Program-made: the position numbers and the translations under genes
NCBI GenBank assembly: GCA_048938105.1
Contig: JBHLMN010000015.1
Span: forward strand, 64,001-128,000
Direction of reading: 5' to 3'
Origin: Promethearchaeota archaeon
GTDB taxonomy: Archaea > Asgardarchaeota > Heimdallarchaeia > Hodarchaeales > Hodarchaeaceae
DNA length: 64,000 nucleotides
Notes under the pieces: model-generated
Databases searched by the model: none
Seen by the model: the letters and a program-made list of their open reading frames with translations, nothing else
What the model was told of the DNA's origin: nothing
Shown: positions 30,246 to 39,251 of the stretch, piece after piece
Position numbering within the stretch: position 1 is the first letter of the stretch
Layout: the number at the start of each line of letters is the position of its first letter

Positions 30246-30997
30246 ATTGACCAATCTTCACCAGCAACAAAAACACGACTAATTTGAGCACTGAGTAATT
30301 CTAATCCCTCACCTGAGAGAGCACTTACAGGAATTAAGGGAATATGACTCATTCCTTCAATTATCTGGCCTGCTTGTACCGAGAATTCACGAGTTAACCC
30401 ATGAAGTTCCTCGATAGCTTCATATGGATCCTCTCGCCATGCTAATATTTCATCAATCTGATAAGGTTTCAGCAAATCAATCTTTGTAACAATGTGAGAG
30501 ATAGGAAGATTGAGACGTATTTGAACTGATGTTGCAAGCAAACTGATTGAAACAAAACCTGATATTTGAGAGACAAGGCTGGAATCAAATAAGAACGCTA
30601 GAAAGGATGTGTCTTTGGGAAAACTCTCTGCAATTTTTAAACCAGAGTTACGATAAGCAAAAAGCTCCATTTGCCCAGGAGTATCAACTAACACTACGGC
30701 AGAGCTCTCACCTAATTCCTCGATATCCTCGCGAATTTCAGTTATATAATCTGCTATTAAATCAGCTGCCGCAATCATAGCACCATTTGGGCCTAGTTTA
30801 TATTCATCTACTAATCGATCATAATCAATATAATCTCGAATGTCGATATCAGCTTTATAAGGGATATATTGGACAGCTGGGTCAAGATTTACTGTGGTAA
30901 GAGATGCTCCTTTAGTAGTTAAATATTGTTGAAGGGATGAAGTAAGCATTGTCTTACCTGATCCAGCGGTACCAACCAAATAACATATGTTAGTCAT
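30242..30997 (-). CDS. GPN-loop GTPase
   Basis: GTAGSGKT, NLDPA, LGPNGA, DTPGQME. Confidence 0.93.
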   Translation of the reverse strand: MTNICYLVGTAGSGKTMLTSSLQQYLTTKGASLTTVNLDPAVQYIPYKADIDIRDYIDYDRLVDEYKLGPNGAMIAAADLIADYITEIREDIEELGESSAVVLVDTPGQMELFAYRNSGLKIAESFPKDTSFLAFLFDSSLVSQISGFVSISLLATSVQIRLNLPISHIVTKIDLLKPYQIDEILAWREDPYEAIEELHGLTREFSVQAGQIIEGMSHIPLIPVSALSGEGLELLSAQISRVFVAGEDWSI

Positions 30998-32124
30998 GAT
31001 TTACATCCTAAACTTCGTAAGGTGATTGAGAACGAATGAGCTTGGGGAGATGAAGCGAGTAATCCTCGTGAAAATAAGGTTACAGAAACCGAAGCATTAG
31101 TTATTGTATTACTTTCCATAGCTGCTATAATCGCTCCTTTAAAAATACGAGTTCCAATGAAGTTATATACAGTAGTCCAACGATAAAGTCCTTTGGTCTC
31201 ATTAACACGAATTTCAATTCGATCAATATTGTTGAAAATACCACCAGATTGAATCTCGATTTGTATAGTGAAGAAAAAAATAGTCTGATTAGTAAGATCT
31301 TGCCAACAATAGCTAGTGGAGAGAGGTGAAGACGCTAATATAAGATTAGTAACTCGTGATTCATCTTCAATACGATAAAGTTTGATTGAAGGGGAATAAA
31401 CAAAAGAGCTTAGCAGATTACTACCTAGAAATAATGTAATAATCATTAGAGTGATGATAGCATATGAGTAACTCCTTTTTTGTATCACTTTGGTAAATAT
31501 AGCTTTAATTTTTAAAATCACTCTAAAATCTTCTTCATGTTGGTCAACACTCTGTTCCTTCACATTAGGTGAAGTTTCCTCTTCTGACTCGTCTCCAACA
31601 AATAAAATGAGTATTGCAAGTATAAGAATGATTATTTTTCCTAAAGTGGTTTGGACGACTAACAAGAACCAACCAATATGAGGAATCCGAAAAACAACGA
31701 CTCCAATAACATCGTTTCCTGTTGTTTTAAAATTTCTATCAGGATACCCATTATTATCTCCCCATGTTTCAAAGAAATATTCACTGCCATTATACCGAGT
31801 TGCTACGACCCGATGAACTATAGGAGGTTCATTATCATCATTGCTAATGTTAAAGACAATAACATCTCCAACTTTTATCGATTCAATAGGAACATTTTTA
31901 ACTAGAAGGATGTCTCCACGAAAGGGGTAGATATCTGTGTTTACATTATCTTGAAAACCATTGTAAATGGGGAGCATGCTGCCTGTGGTTACTGCAACAG
32001 TCGGGTGTCTAGATCCACCCAAGAAGAACGTGATACCAGCAGAAACAGTTATTGCAATTAAAATCGCGAAGCCCAAAAGAAGACCTAGTTCAATAATCGT
32101 TTTGTATTTTGGATTTAAGGGCAA
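30994..32124 (-). CDS. Signal peptidase I (S26B/Sec11-type) with extra TM and C-terminal domain
   Basis: TGSMLP, RGD, GDVIVF, IVHRV, TWGDNN, IPHIG. Confidence 0.88.
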   Translation of the reverse strand: MPLNPKYKTIIELGLLLGFAILIAITVSAGITFFLGGSRHPTVAVTTGSMLPIYNGFQDNVNTDIYPFRGDILLVKNVPIESIKVGDVIVFNISNDDNEPPIVHRVVATRYNGSEYFFETWGDNNGYPDRNFKTTGNDVIGVVVFRIPHIGWFLLVVQTTLGKIIILILAILILFVGDESEEETSPNVKEQSVDQHEEDFRVILKIKAIFTKVIQKRSYSYAIITLMIITLFLGSNLLSSFVYSPSIKLYRIEDESRVTNLILASSPLSTSYCWQDLTNQTIFFFTIQIEIQSGGIFNNIDRIEIRVNETKGLYRWTTVYNFIGTRIFKGAIIAAMESNTITNASVSVTLFSRGLLASSPQAHSFSITLRSLGCKS

Positions 32125-32324
32125 TATTGATCAAGGAAAAGGATTATGAAATAGCTTTAAGAAGTATCGCTAAATGATCATTATAGTTCTGTTTAATGGG
32201 AATGGCTAAAGGCTTATATTTCTCTAAACATTTGATTTTTAACATAAGTATAGAAATGGATAAATAATATCCTTCGACTTAATGAAAGTTATAGATGCCT
32301 TTATAGGAATGGAGATAACCTAGG

Positions 32325-32627
32325 ATGAAAATTCCTGCTAAAATGCGAACATTCTGTCCAAATTGTAATTCTCACACCATTCAGGAGGTAAAAGTAGAAA
32401 AACCACGTCAAAGAGGAGGAGGAATGAGTCAGGGGAGTAGACGTATGGCTCGTTGGACAAGTCGTATAGGCAACCATGGAAGATATTCTCGTAGGCCGAT
32501 AGCTGCAAGAAATATGACCTCAAAAACTACAAAGAAGGTTGATCTCCGCATTACATGCTCCGAATGTGGAAAAAAATGGATTCGTAGTCGGCCAAGAGCT
32601 AGAAGAACTGAAATAGCTCGAGTATGA
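32325..32627 (+). CDS. rpl44e: 50S ribosomal protein L44e
   Basis: MKIP----TFCP-C--HT, KTTKK-DL---C-ECG. Confidence 0.95.
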   Translation: MKIPAKMRTFCPNCNSHTIQEVKVEKPRQRGGGMSQGSRRMARWTSRIGNHGRYSRRPIAARNMTSKTTKKVDLRITCSECGKKWIRSRPRARRTEIARV

Positions 32628-32637
32628 GGAAAAAATA

Positions 32638-32967
32638 ATGGCCGAGAAAGAATTTGAGGACACTATAGATACTGAAGTACAGAGCTCAGATCCCACCAAG
32701 GTCATTGAAAGACTCGGGAGAACCAAAAAACGCATTCTAATTGAGCTATATCGGGATTCAGTCGGCTACAAACGGCTTAGTAAAATAATTGGTGTGGGAT
32801 TAGATACCATTAGAAGTCATATACGAACAGGGAAGTATAGTAGATCACTACTTGAGCTTGGTTTAGTCGAACGAGGAGAACAAGGTTGGCAATTAACGCC
32901 CCTTGGCTTACAGGTGACTGAATTATTGCAGCAGGATGCAGAATTCAAAGCTTTTTTCTTTGAATGA
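32638..32967 (+). CDS. Winged helix-turn-helix protein
   Basis: LSKIIGV-LDTIRSHI...LLELGLVE...WQLTPLG. Confidence 0.75.
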   Translation: MAEKEFEDTIDTEVQSSDPTKVIERLGRTKKRILIELYRDSVGYKRLSKIIGVGLDTIRSHIRTGKYSRSLLELGLVERGEQGWQLTPLGLQVTELLQQDAEFKAFFFE

Positions 32968-33216
32968 TCCTCAAATTATTTATACATACATGCTTATAGT
33001 TAGATTTTCTTTATGTTCAGATTTAAAAATCCTATAAGTTCTTGTTTCTGATGCAAGCAGTTACATTCTCATTCGTGTAGATGCAAATGTGAAAAAATTT
33101 AAAACTAATTACGATCTTAAACTATTACGTAATTTTAACAATGGATCAGAAAATAAGTGAGAGTTTATAAATAAAAAGAGAATTATTATAAATGGAGCGA
33201 ATAGACCAAATAATTG

Positions 33217-33311
33217 AGCGGCCTAGGGTAGCTAGGTTATCCCGCGGGGCTCATAAAGAAATTTATCTTGAGAAACCCCGAGATCGGATGGTTCAAATCC
33301 TCCGGCCGCTA
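33217..33311 (+). tRNA. Initiator tRNA-Met(CAU) with 19-nt intron at 37/38 (33256-33274)
   Basis: A1-U72 pair, GGG/CCC anticodon stem, BHB with CTCA/TGAG helix and TAA/AAA bulges. Confidence 0.92.
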
Positions 33312-33539
33312 TCAACCTTTTTTTAAATTTCTTATTTTCTTAATGAGGGAACCATAGTAATACTCATTTAAACAATGATTTTTCCTTAATGGATTATCAT
33401 AGGGTTCAAAATGCATGAATTGGTGCTTTTCTCACAATTTCTGGGAAGGTTCTGAATTGTACTAGTTCTGTGATAATAAGATTTTTTAAGTAGATGAGAC
33501 TTTTTTTAATTAGAATATATGATAAATGTGGTGAAATAA

Positions 33540-33773
33540 ATAGTTGAAGTAAAAGAGCCTGGCCGGCCTCAGAAAAAGAAAAAGAAATCATTTTGGTTTG
33601 AGTATGCAAAGGACAAAGGTGTTGATCCTCATAAATCAGCGTGGCGGGATTTTTCTGAAGATGAGAAAGAAATACCTAGTAAAATGATTCGTTTTTGTAG
33701 AAAATGTGGTGCTTCAATACATTCAGAGGGAAAATTTTGCGAGCGTTGTGGCCAACGGATACAATCGCGATAA
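33540..33773 (+). CDS. Small zinc-ribbon protein, probable ATA start (absent from ORF track)
   Basis: 77-codon frame ending FCRKCG...KFCERCG; GGTGA Shine-Dalgarno-like motif just upstream of ATA; in-frame stop directly before. Confidence 0.6.
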   Translation: MVEVKEPGRPQKKKKKSFWFEYAKDKGVDPHKSAWRDFSEDEKEIPSKMIRFCRKCGASIHSEGKFCERCGQRIQSR

Positions 33774-33795
33774 ATTAATGAAATTATAATACTGA

Positions 33796-33981
33796 TTACC
33801 TAAGGCTCTCGCTTCGCCTGAATTCAGGTTGGCCTGTTGGCATCCCTCTTTCCACACGCTTGAAGAAATTCTTCTTATTTCGCAAGCTTGGTGTAAGACC
33901 TTTCCGAGGCCTGGCTTCGACTCTAGGGGTTTGATTTCTTACTTTTCCAGCTTTTGTAAGCGAACCATGACTACCTGCCAT
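33796..33981 (-). CDS. rps30e: 30S ribosomal protein S30e
   Basis: [16 protein letters not shown]. Confidence 0.95.
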   Translation of the reverse strand: MAGSHGSLTKAGKVRNQTPRVEARPRKGLTPSLRNKKNFFKRVERGMPTGQPEFRRSESLR

Positions 33982-34258
33982 TTTTATATTCTTCCAGTGT
34001 TAGTTAAGTCATGGAGACCTTACTCATCATTAATTCAAAAGTTTTACTATATAATTCTAGAATAAAAACCCAAAATATGTTGATTAAAACAAACCAAATC
34101 ATTTATGTATTCTTTGCATTGAAAACTAAATCATTGTAATGCTTGAGAGTTTTTCATGTCTTACCCTCTAATAAAGCCAGAATACTGAGATAAAATCTGA
34201 TGAAAGAAAGTTTTATGCAAGATTTCTTAAAAAATAAGAAAGGAGTTGTATTAATCTA

Positions 34259-35128
34259 ATGGATATTGATTTTAAAGGTTTCAAACTTGATATTACTCCA
34301 GCCCAAATGGCTCAATTGATAGATCATACAAAATTATCAGCATGGGAAGGGCCTCAAGCGATAAAAAATTTATGTCAAGAAGCTATTCAATACCATTTTT
34401 ACTCTGTTTGTATTAATTCTTCCTATATTCCGTTAGCCGTTGAAATACTTGAGAATACTGACATCAAAGTCTGTTCTGTTGTTGGTTTCCCCCTAGGGAT
34501 GATGGACACCGATTCAAAAGCTTATGAAACAAAAAATGTAGTCAAAAATGGCGCTGATGAAGTCGATATGGTCATTAATGTTGGTATGTTAAAAAGTGGT
34601 GAGTATAAATATGTCCAAACTGAAATCGAAACTGTAGTGAGTGCTGCAGATAAGGCATTAGTAAAAGTCATTCTTGAAACTTGTTATCTTACTGATGAAG
34701 AAAAGATTAAGGCGAGTGAACTCTGTAAAGATGCTGGTGCAGAATTTGTAAAGACTTCAACAGGATTTGGCGCATATGGTTCATTCCCTTATGATGTAAA
34801 ATTGATGAGGAAAACAGTAGGACCTGATATGGGGGTAAAAGCAGCTGGGGGAATTAGAAACTATACTGATGCTGCCCGAGTCATAATTGCCAGTGGGCTT
34901 ATTCTTGATCCTCTTAAATTTAGGATCGGCGCTAGTGCAGGTATTAACATCATTAATAACTTGAAATGGATGTCTTTAAGCGAAGATTGGATTATAGATG
35001 AGATACCCTGCCACTTGTGTCCAGTGAGAGCAGCAATTTTTGGAAAAATGACCGAGAAACATTATTCATATCATAAAAGCAAGTGTCATACATGTCAATA
35101 TAATAATTATAACCAATTCTATGATTAA
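34259..35128 (+). CDS. deoC: Deoxyribose-phosphate aldolase with Cys-rich C-terminal extension
   Basis: IDHT, GFPLG, VKVILET, FVKTSTG, KAAGGIR, RIGAS. Confidence 0.94.
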   Translation: MDIDFKGFKLDITPAQMAQLIDHTKLSAWEGPQAIKNLCQEAIQYHFYSVCINSSYIPLAVEILENTDIKVCSVVGFPLGMMDTDSKAYETKNVVKNGADEVDMVINVGMLKSGEYKYVQTEIETVVSAADKALVKVILETCYLTDEEKIKASELCKDAGAEFVKTSTGFGAYGSFPYDVKLMRKTVGPDMGVKAAGGIRNYTDAARVIIASGLILDPLKFRIGASAGINIINNLKWMSLSEDWIIDEIPCHLCPVRAAIFGKMTEKHYSYHKSKCHTCQYNNYNQFYD

Positions 35129-35163
35129 AATCATTTTATAAGGATAGTTAAGAGGTTTATAAA

Positions 35164-36933
35164 ATGGAAAAACAGTTTTTACTCCGATGTAACTTGCATA
35201 ACGGTAAAATTACAAAGGAAGAAATACCAGAAAGGATCTTGGAACAATATATTGGGGGAAGAGGTTTGGGCGTAAGATACATGTGGGAAGAGGTTTCTCC
35301 TGATGTTGACCCATTAAGTCAAGCCAATAAAATGATATACGCTGTTGGTCCATTGACAGGGAGCTATGCCCCAACTTCTGGACGATATTGTGCTGTATCA
35401 AAATCACCATTAACTAAAACAATATTTGATACTCATTCAGGGGGAAGATTTGGTTCAGAATTGAAGAATCTTGGAGTCATGGCCCTAATCGTTGAGGGTA
35501 TGGCCTCAGACCTTAGTTACCTCTACTTGGATGCTGAGGATGATATCTTTGAATTAAGGGATGCTTCCCAGCTGAAAGGGAAAACCACCTGGGAAACAAC
35601 TGATATACTTACAAAGATAACAAAAACACAGGCAAGAGTTGCCTGTATTGGGCCTGCAGGCGAGAATATTGGCCTTATGTCTTGTGTCATCAATGATAAA
35701 GGTCACGCACTTGGCCGTGGTGGGATGGGTGCAGTTATGGGTTCAAAGCAATTGAAAGCCATAGTAGTCAAGGGACAAAAACCTCAAAAGAACAAAGAAT
35801 TGAAAGATCTATCAGAACAGTTAAATTTAGCCGTAAGAAAAAATCCAGTTACTAAATCTGCGTTACCCGTTTTTGGTACATCTGTTTTAGTAAATATTGT
35901 CAACGAATTAGGAATGTTTCCCACTAATAATTTTAAAGAAGGGACATTTGATGACGCTCAAGGTATTTCAGGGGAAAAACTTAAGGAATTGTACGTTATT
36001 AAAAATCATGCTTGCGCAGGATGCAGCATTGCGTGTGGGCGAATAACAAAGGTAACCGAAGAGGAACAAGGAAAAGGACCAGAATTTGAAACTATTTGGG
36101 CTTTTGGATCTCAAATTGGAAACAATGACCTAGCATTAATTTGTAAAGTCAATTATCTTTGTAATCAATTAGGTTTAGATACTATATCCACAGGAAATAC
36201 CATTGGTTGTGCCATGGAATTGTCTGAGAGAAATAAAATATCAAGTTTTCCCAGATTTGGCGAGGTTAACTCATTAAAGAAAATTATCACCCAAATTGCT
36301 TACAAAGAAGGAATAGGAGCAGAATTGAGTAAAGGGTCTAGAAAATTAGCAGAAAAATTTGGAGAACCAGATCTCTCAATGACTGTAAAATCCCTTGAGC
36401 TACCTGCATATGATCCTAGAGGTGCTCAAGGTCAAGGGTTATCATATGCGACATCTAATAGAGGGGGTTGTCACCTTCGTGCTTATATGGTTAGTACTGA
36501 AGTATTGGGGACACCAATTCCAATGGATCGTTTTTCTTCTTCAGGAAAGGCAAGGATTGTTCGAGTATTCCAAGATCTTTCTGCAGTAGTGGATTCACTG
36601 GTTTTATGCAGGTTCTCAACCTTTGCTCTTTCTGCTATTGATTATGCGAGTATGTTATCAATAGTACACCAAAAAGAATATTCACAAAGTGAATTCATGA
36701 AAATTGGTGAGAGAATTTGGAATTTAGAACGTATATTTAATCTAAAAGCTGGTTTTAATGCGAAAGATGACTCATTACCTAAACGATTATTAGAAGAACC
36801 CTTAACGGTTGGTAGTTCACGAAATCGAGTAGTTAAACTGCATGAAATGCTTCCAGAATATTATGAAATCAGAGGTTGGGATGAAAACGGTGTACCAACT
36901 AAGGAAAAAATAGCTCAACTTGAAATAGATTAA
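35164..36933 (+). CDS. aor: Tungsten aldehyde:ferredoxin oxidoreductase family
   Basis: IGGRGLG, KSPLT, GRGGMGAVMGSK, CxxCxxxC, PEFET, DTIS. Confidence 0.93.
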   Translation: MEKQFLLRCNLHNGKITKEEIPERILEQYIGGRGLGVRYMWEEVSPDVDPLSQANKMIYAVGPLTGSYAPTSGRYCAVSKSPLTKTIFDTHSGGRFGSELKNLGVMALIVEGMASDLSYLYLDAEDDIFELRDASQLKGKTTWETTDILTKITKTQARVACIGPAGENIGLMSCVINDKGHALGRGGMGAVMGSKQLKAIVVKGQKPQKNKELKDLSEQLNLAVRKNPVTKSALPVFGTSVLVNIVNELGMFPTNNFKEGTFDDAQGISGEKLKELYVIKNHACAGCSIACGRITKVTEEEQGKGPEFETIWAFGSQIGNNDLALICKVNYLCNQLGLDTISTGNTIGCAMELSERNKISSFPRFGEVNSLKKIITQIAYKEGIGAELSKGSRKLAEKFGEPDLSMTVKSLELPAYDPRGAQGQGLSYATSNRGGCHLRAYMVSTEVLGTPIPMDRFSSSGKARIVRVFQDLSAVVDSLVLCRFSTFALSAIDYASMLSIVHQKEYSQSEFMKIGERIWNLERIFNLKAGFNAKDDSLPKRLLEEPLTVGSSRNRVVKLHEMLPEYYEIRGWDENGVPTKEKIAQLEID

Positions 36934-37001
36934 ATATGAATATGAAGAACATTTCAACAACAGTTACTAAAAACTCATAAAATGAAAGGTCGACGAAAGG
37001 A

Positions 37002-37961
37002 GTGTATGGGATGATGAGAATCATCCGAGGTTTTTCACCAGTTACAGGTTACTTTTGTTTGGAATGTCTTAGTAAATGTTGTGCTACAGAATATGAACTA
37101 CCATTATTAGCCCAGGAAACTGAAATATTACGCCAAGAATATCCTTTTTGTAATATTTTTTTACACCACTCAGTAGAAGGAAGTTGGTTACTTCGGGGAG
37201 ATAGATGTCCTTTTCTAAATTCTAAAGGACTTTGTATACTGCATAATACTCCGTACAAACCAATGATATGTCAAATTTATCCTTTAATCTTCTGGAAAGT
37301 GAGACCAAATCTTTCATTAGCGTGGATAAACCCTTGTCGGGGAAATGGATTTCAGTGGATATCAAATCCTAACAATCGTATTACGGATCAAGAAATTGAA
37401 AGACTATTTAACAAATCAAAATTAAATTTCACAAATTATATCGGAGAAGAGATTGATAAACAAAATCCATTCAATGAGATTCCAATGAAACGACTCAATG
37501 AAGAGCTTACGTTTTTTGATTGTATAGATACACAAGATTTACTTAATGAAATTAAAAACTTGGATCTTATTCCCCAATCCTTAGAGAAAATTCTCTTACT
37601 AACAGAAGATTTTACAACAAATGAAATGTTTGCAATAATGAATGCGGTCATTTATTGGTTATGTTGGAGTCCTATTGGATTACAACTCTCTTTTAATAAT
37701 TCAAAATTACTTTTTTTAGTAGCTGCTATCTGGATTGACTTTATTAACCGTCCAATTCTTTCTCAATCTGTCTTACCTTTAAGTCGTGGCCAAATCCTTC
37801 AACAATTGGGATCTTTCCTCGCTACAGCAATAATTCCCTCCTTTTGGAAACAAATGGCGCTTAAAACAGAATCTGAAGAATTAAGGAAGTTTGCTAAGAA
37901 CGCTTATAGAGTACTGAGGGGAGAAATTACTCAAGAAGAGTTTGAGTATTCAAATCCTTGA
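37002..37961 (+). CDS. YkgJ-family cysteine-cluster protein
   Basis: CLECLSKCC...CPFL---G-C--H---KP-ICQIYP. Confidence 0.8.
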   Translation: MYGMMRIIRGFSPVTGYFCLECLSKCCATEYELPLLAQETEILRQEYPFCNIFLHHSVEGSWLLRGDRCPFLNSKGLCILHNTPYKPMICQIYPLIFWKVRPNLSLAWINPCRGNGFQWISNPNNRITDQEIERLFNKSKLNFTNYIGEEIDKQNPFNEIPMKRLNEELTFFDCIDTQDLLNEIKNLDLIPQSLEKILLLTEDFTTNEMFAIMNAVIYWLCWSPIGLQLSFNNSKLLFLVAAIWIDFINRPILSQSVLPLSRGQILQQLGSFLATAIIPSFWKQMALKTESEELRKFAKNAYRVLRGEITQEEFEYSNP

Positions 37962-37991
37962 GAAAATCATGAAACTGAAGGATTTAATCAT

Positions 37992-39128
37992 TTAAGATTC
38001 GAAATCATCAGGGAGCCCTATCTGCTTAACAAGAATATCACTTAATTTATCGGATCGCGGCCGAGATTCGATGAGAAAGTCTTCTAGATTAGTTTCAAGT
38101 TGTTTAAGTTTTATTCTTTCATCAGGATCAAGATTTTTCTTATCAATATGATACTCAAAGTATTTACACGCTAATTGTGGACTCTTTGTCATTGCAGAGA
38201 GTTCCTCATCAGATAGGCTTCGAATTCGATATACTGTTTGATTAACTCTTGGATCAAAGATATTACTTTTAAGATGAATAATTGCCGTCAAATAACTTCG
38301 ACCCTTAGTTATTTCGTCTTCTTCCATCCAAATGTCTGACCCTAAAGCCCACATCTCATAATCAATCCCCCATATTTTTTCTGCTTGCTTTCCTTCGTTG
38401 AATTGGACTAAATAATTCCCTGCATTTCTATCTGGGTCATTCAACCAAACATCAAAAGGTAAGAGGGTGTATCCGTCATTTATTTGCCGAACAATTTGAA
38501 ATGCCTCATCTAGATCTTTGTAAGAATCTAAAAACTCGTCAAGATTGATGGTGTTTGGGATTTTTTCCAGAAGAAGGGCTAAGACTAAAGAGGGGTCACC
38601 ACGCCCACTTTTTGCGGATAAAATTTGTTCAAATTTGGCTGATGTTTCCAAAGTATAAGGTTCTCGTTCAGAATATTGATAGTATTCTTCAGCTGTCTCA
38701 CCTTCTTCATCCTCATCAAAAACGATCACATCCCCAAGAGGTAACGTCGAGGTTTGCTTGAGAGGTTGGTCTGCAATTTGTTGAGAACATACAATAATTG
38801 CTTCGGGAACATTAAGACGTAAACGACGTCCCAAACGAGAAGCTGTAAGTTCACTAAAAGTTCGCCATAAGTGCATCCTGTCACGACTATCTTCTGGAGA
38901 TTCCTTTAGATCAACCTCTAGATCTTGAACCTCCTTTAATTCAAAATCAATAATATTAGAAAAAGTTTTAAGAAGCCATTCCTTACCACTCTCGTCTTCC
39001 AAAACAGTAGCTTTTCCATGTTGTCCTGCTGCAGTCATTGTTTTCTCTGTGAGGCGAAAACGATTACGAACAGCTTTTTTATCAGAAGTATCAAAAATAA
39101 CCAGATCCCAGTCGTTCATTATTATCAA
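37992..39128 (-). CDS. HipA/PI3-PI4-kinase-like atypical kinase
   Basis: WLLK, SEL-AS-LG--L-L-VP, FDVWLNDPDRNAGNYL catalytic loop, IDYE. Confidence 0.7.
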   Translation of the reverse strand: MIIMNDWDLVIFDTSDKKAVRNRFRLTEKTMTAAGQHGKATVLEDESGKEWLLKTFSNIIDFELKEVQDLEVDLKESPEDSRDRMHLWRTFSELTASRLGRRLRLNVPEAIIVCSQQIADQPLKQTSTLPLGDVIVFDEDEEGETAEEYYQYSEREPYTLETSAKFEQILSAKSGRGDPSLVLALLLEKIPNTINLDEFLDSYKDLDEAFQIVRQINDGYTLLPFDVWLNDPDRNAGNYLVQFNEGKQAEKIWGIDYEMWALGSDIWMEEDEITKGRSYLTAIIHLKSNIFDPRVNQTVYRIRSLSDEELSAMTKSPQLACKYFEYHIDKKNLDPDERIKLKQLETNLEDFLIESRPRSDKLSDILVKQIGLPDDFES

Positions 39129-39251
39129 ATTCCTACTAATTCTTATTAATGCAAGAATATTGTCTCTCGGATTCTTCTTAAGAGTGTTGTTTGTATGATT
39201 TAAAGAATTGAATGAGTAAAAGAAAAGAGGTTAAAAAAGCTAGCTTGATAC

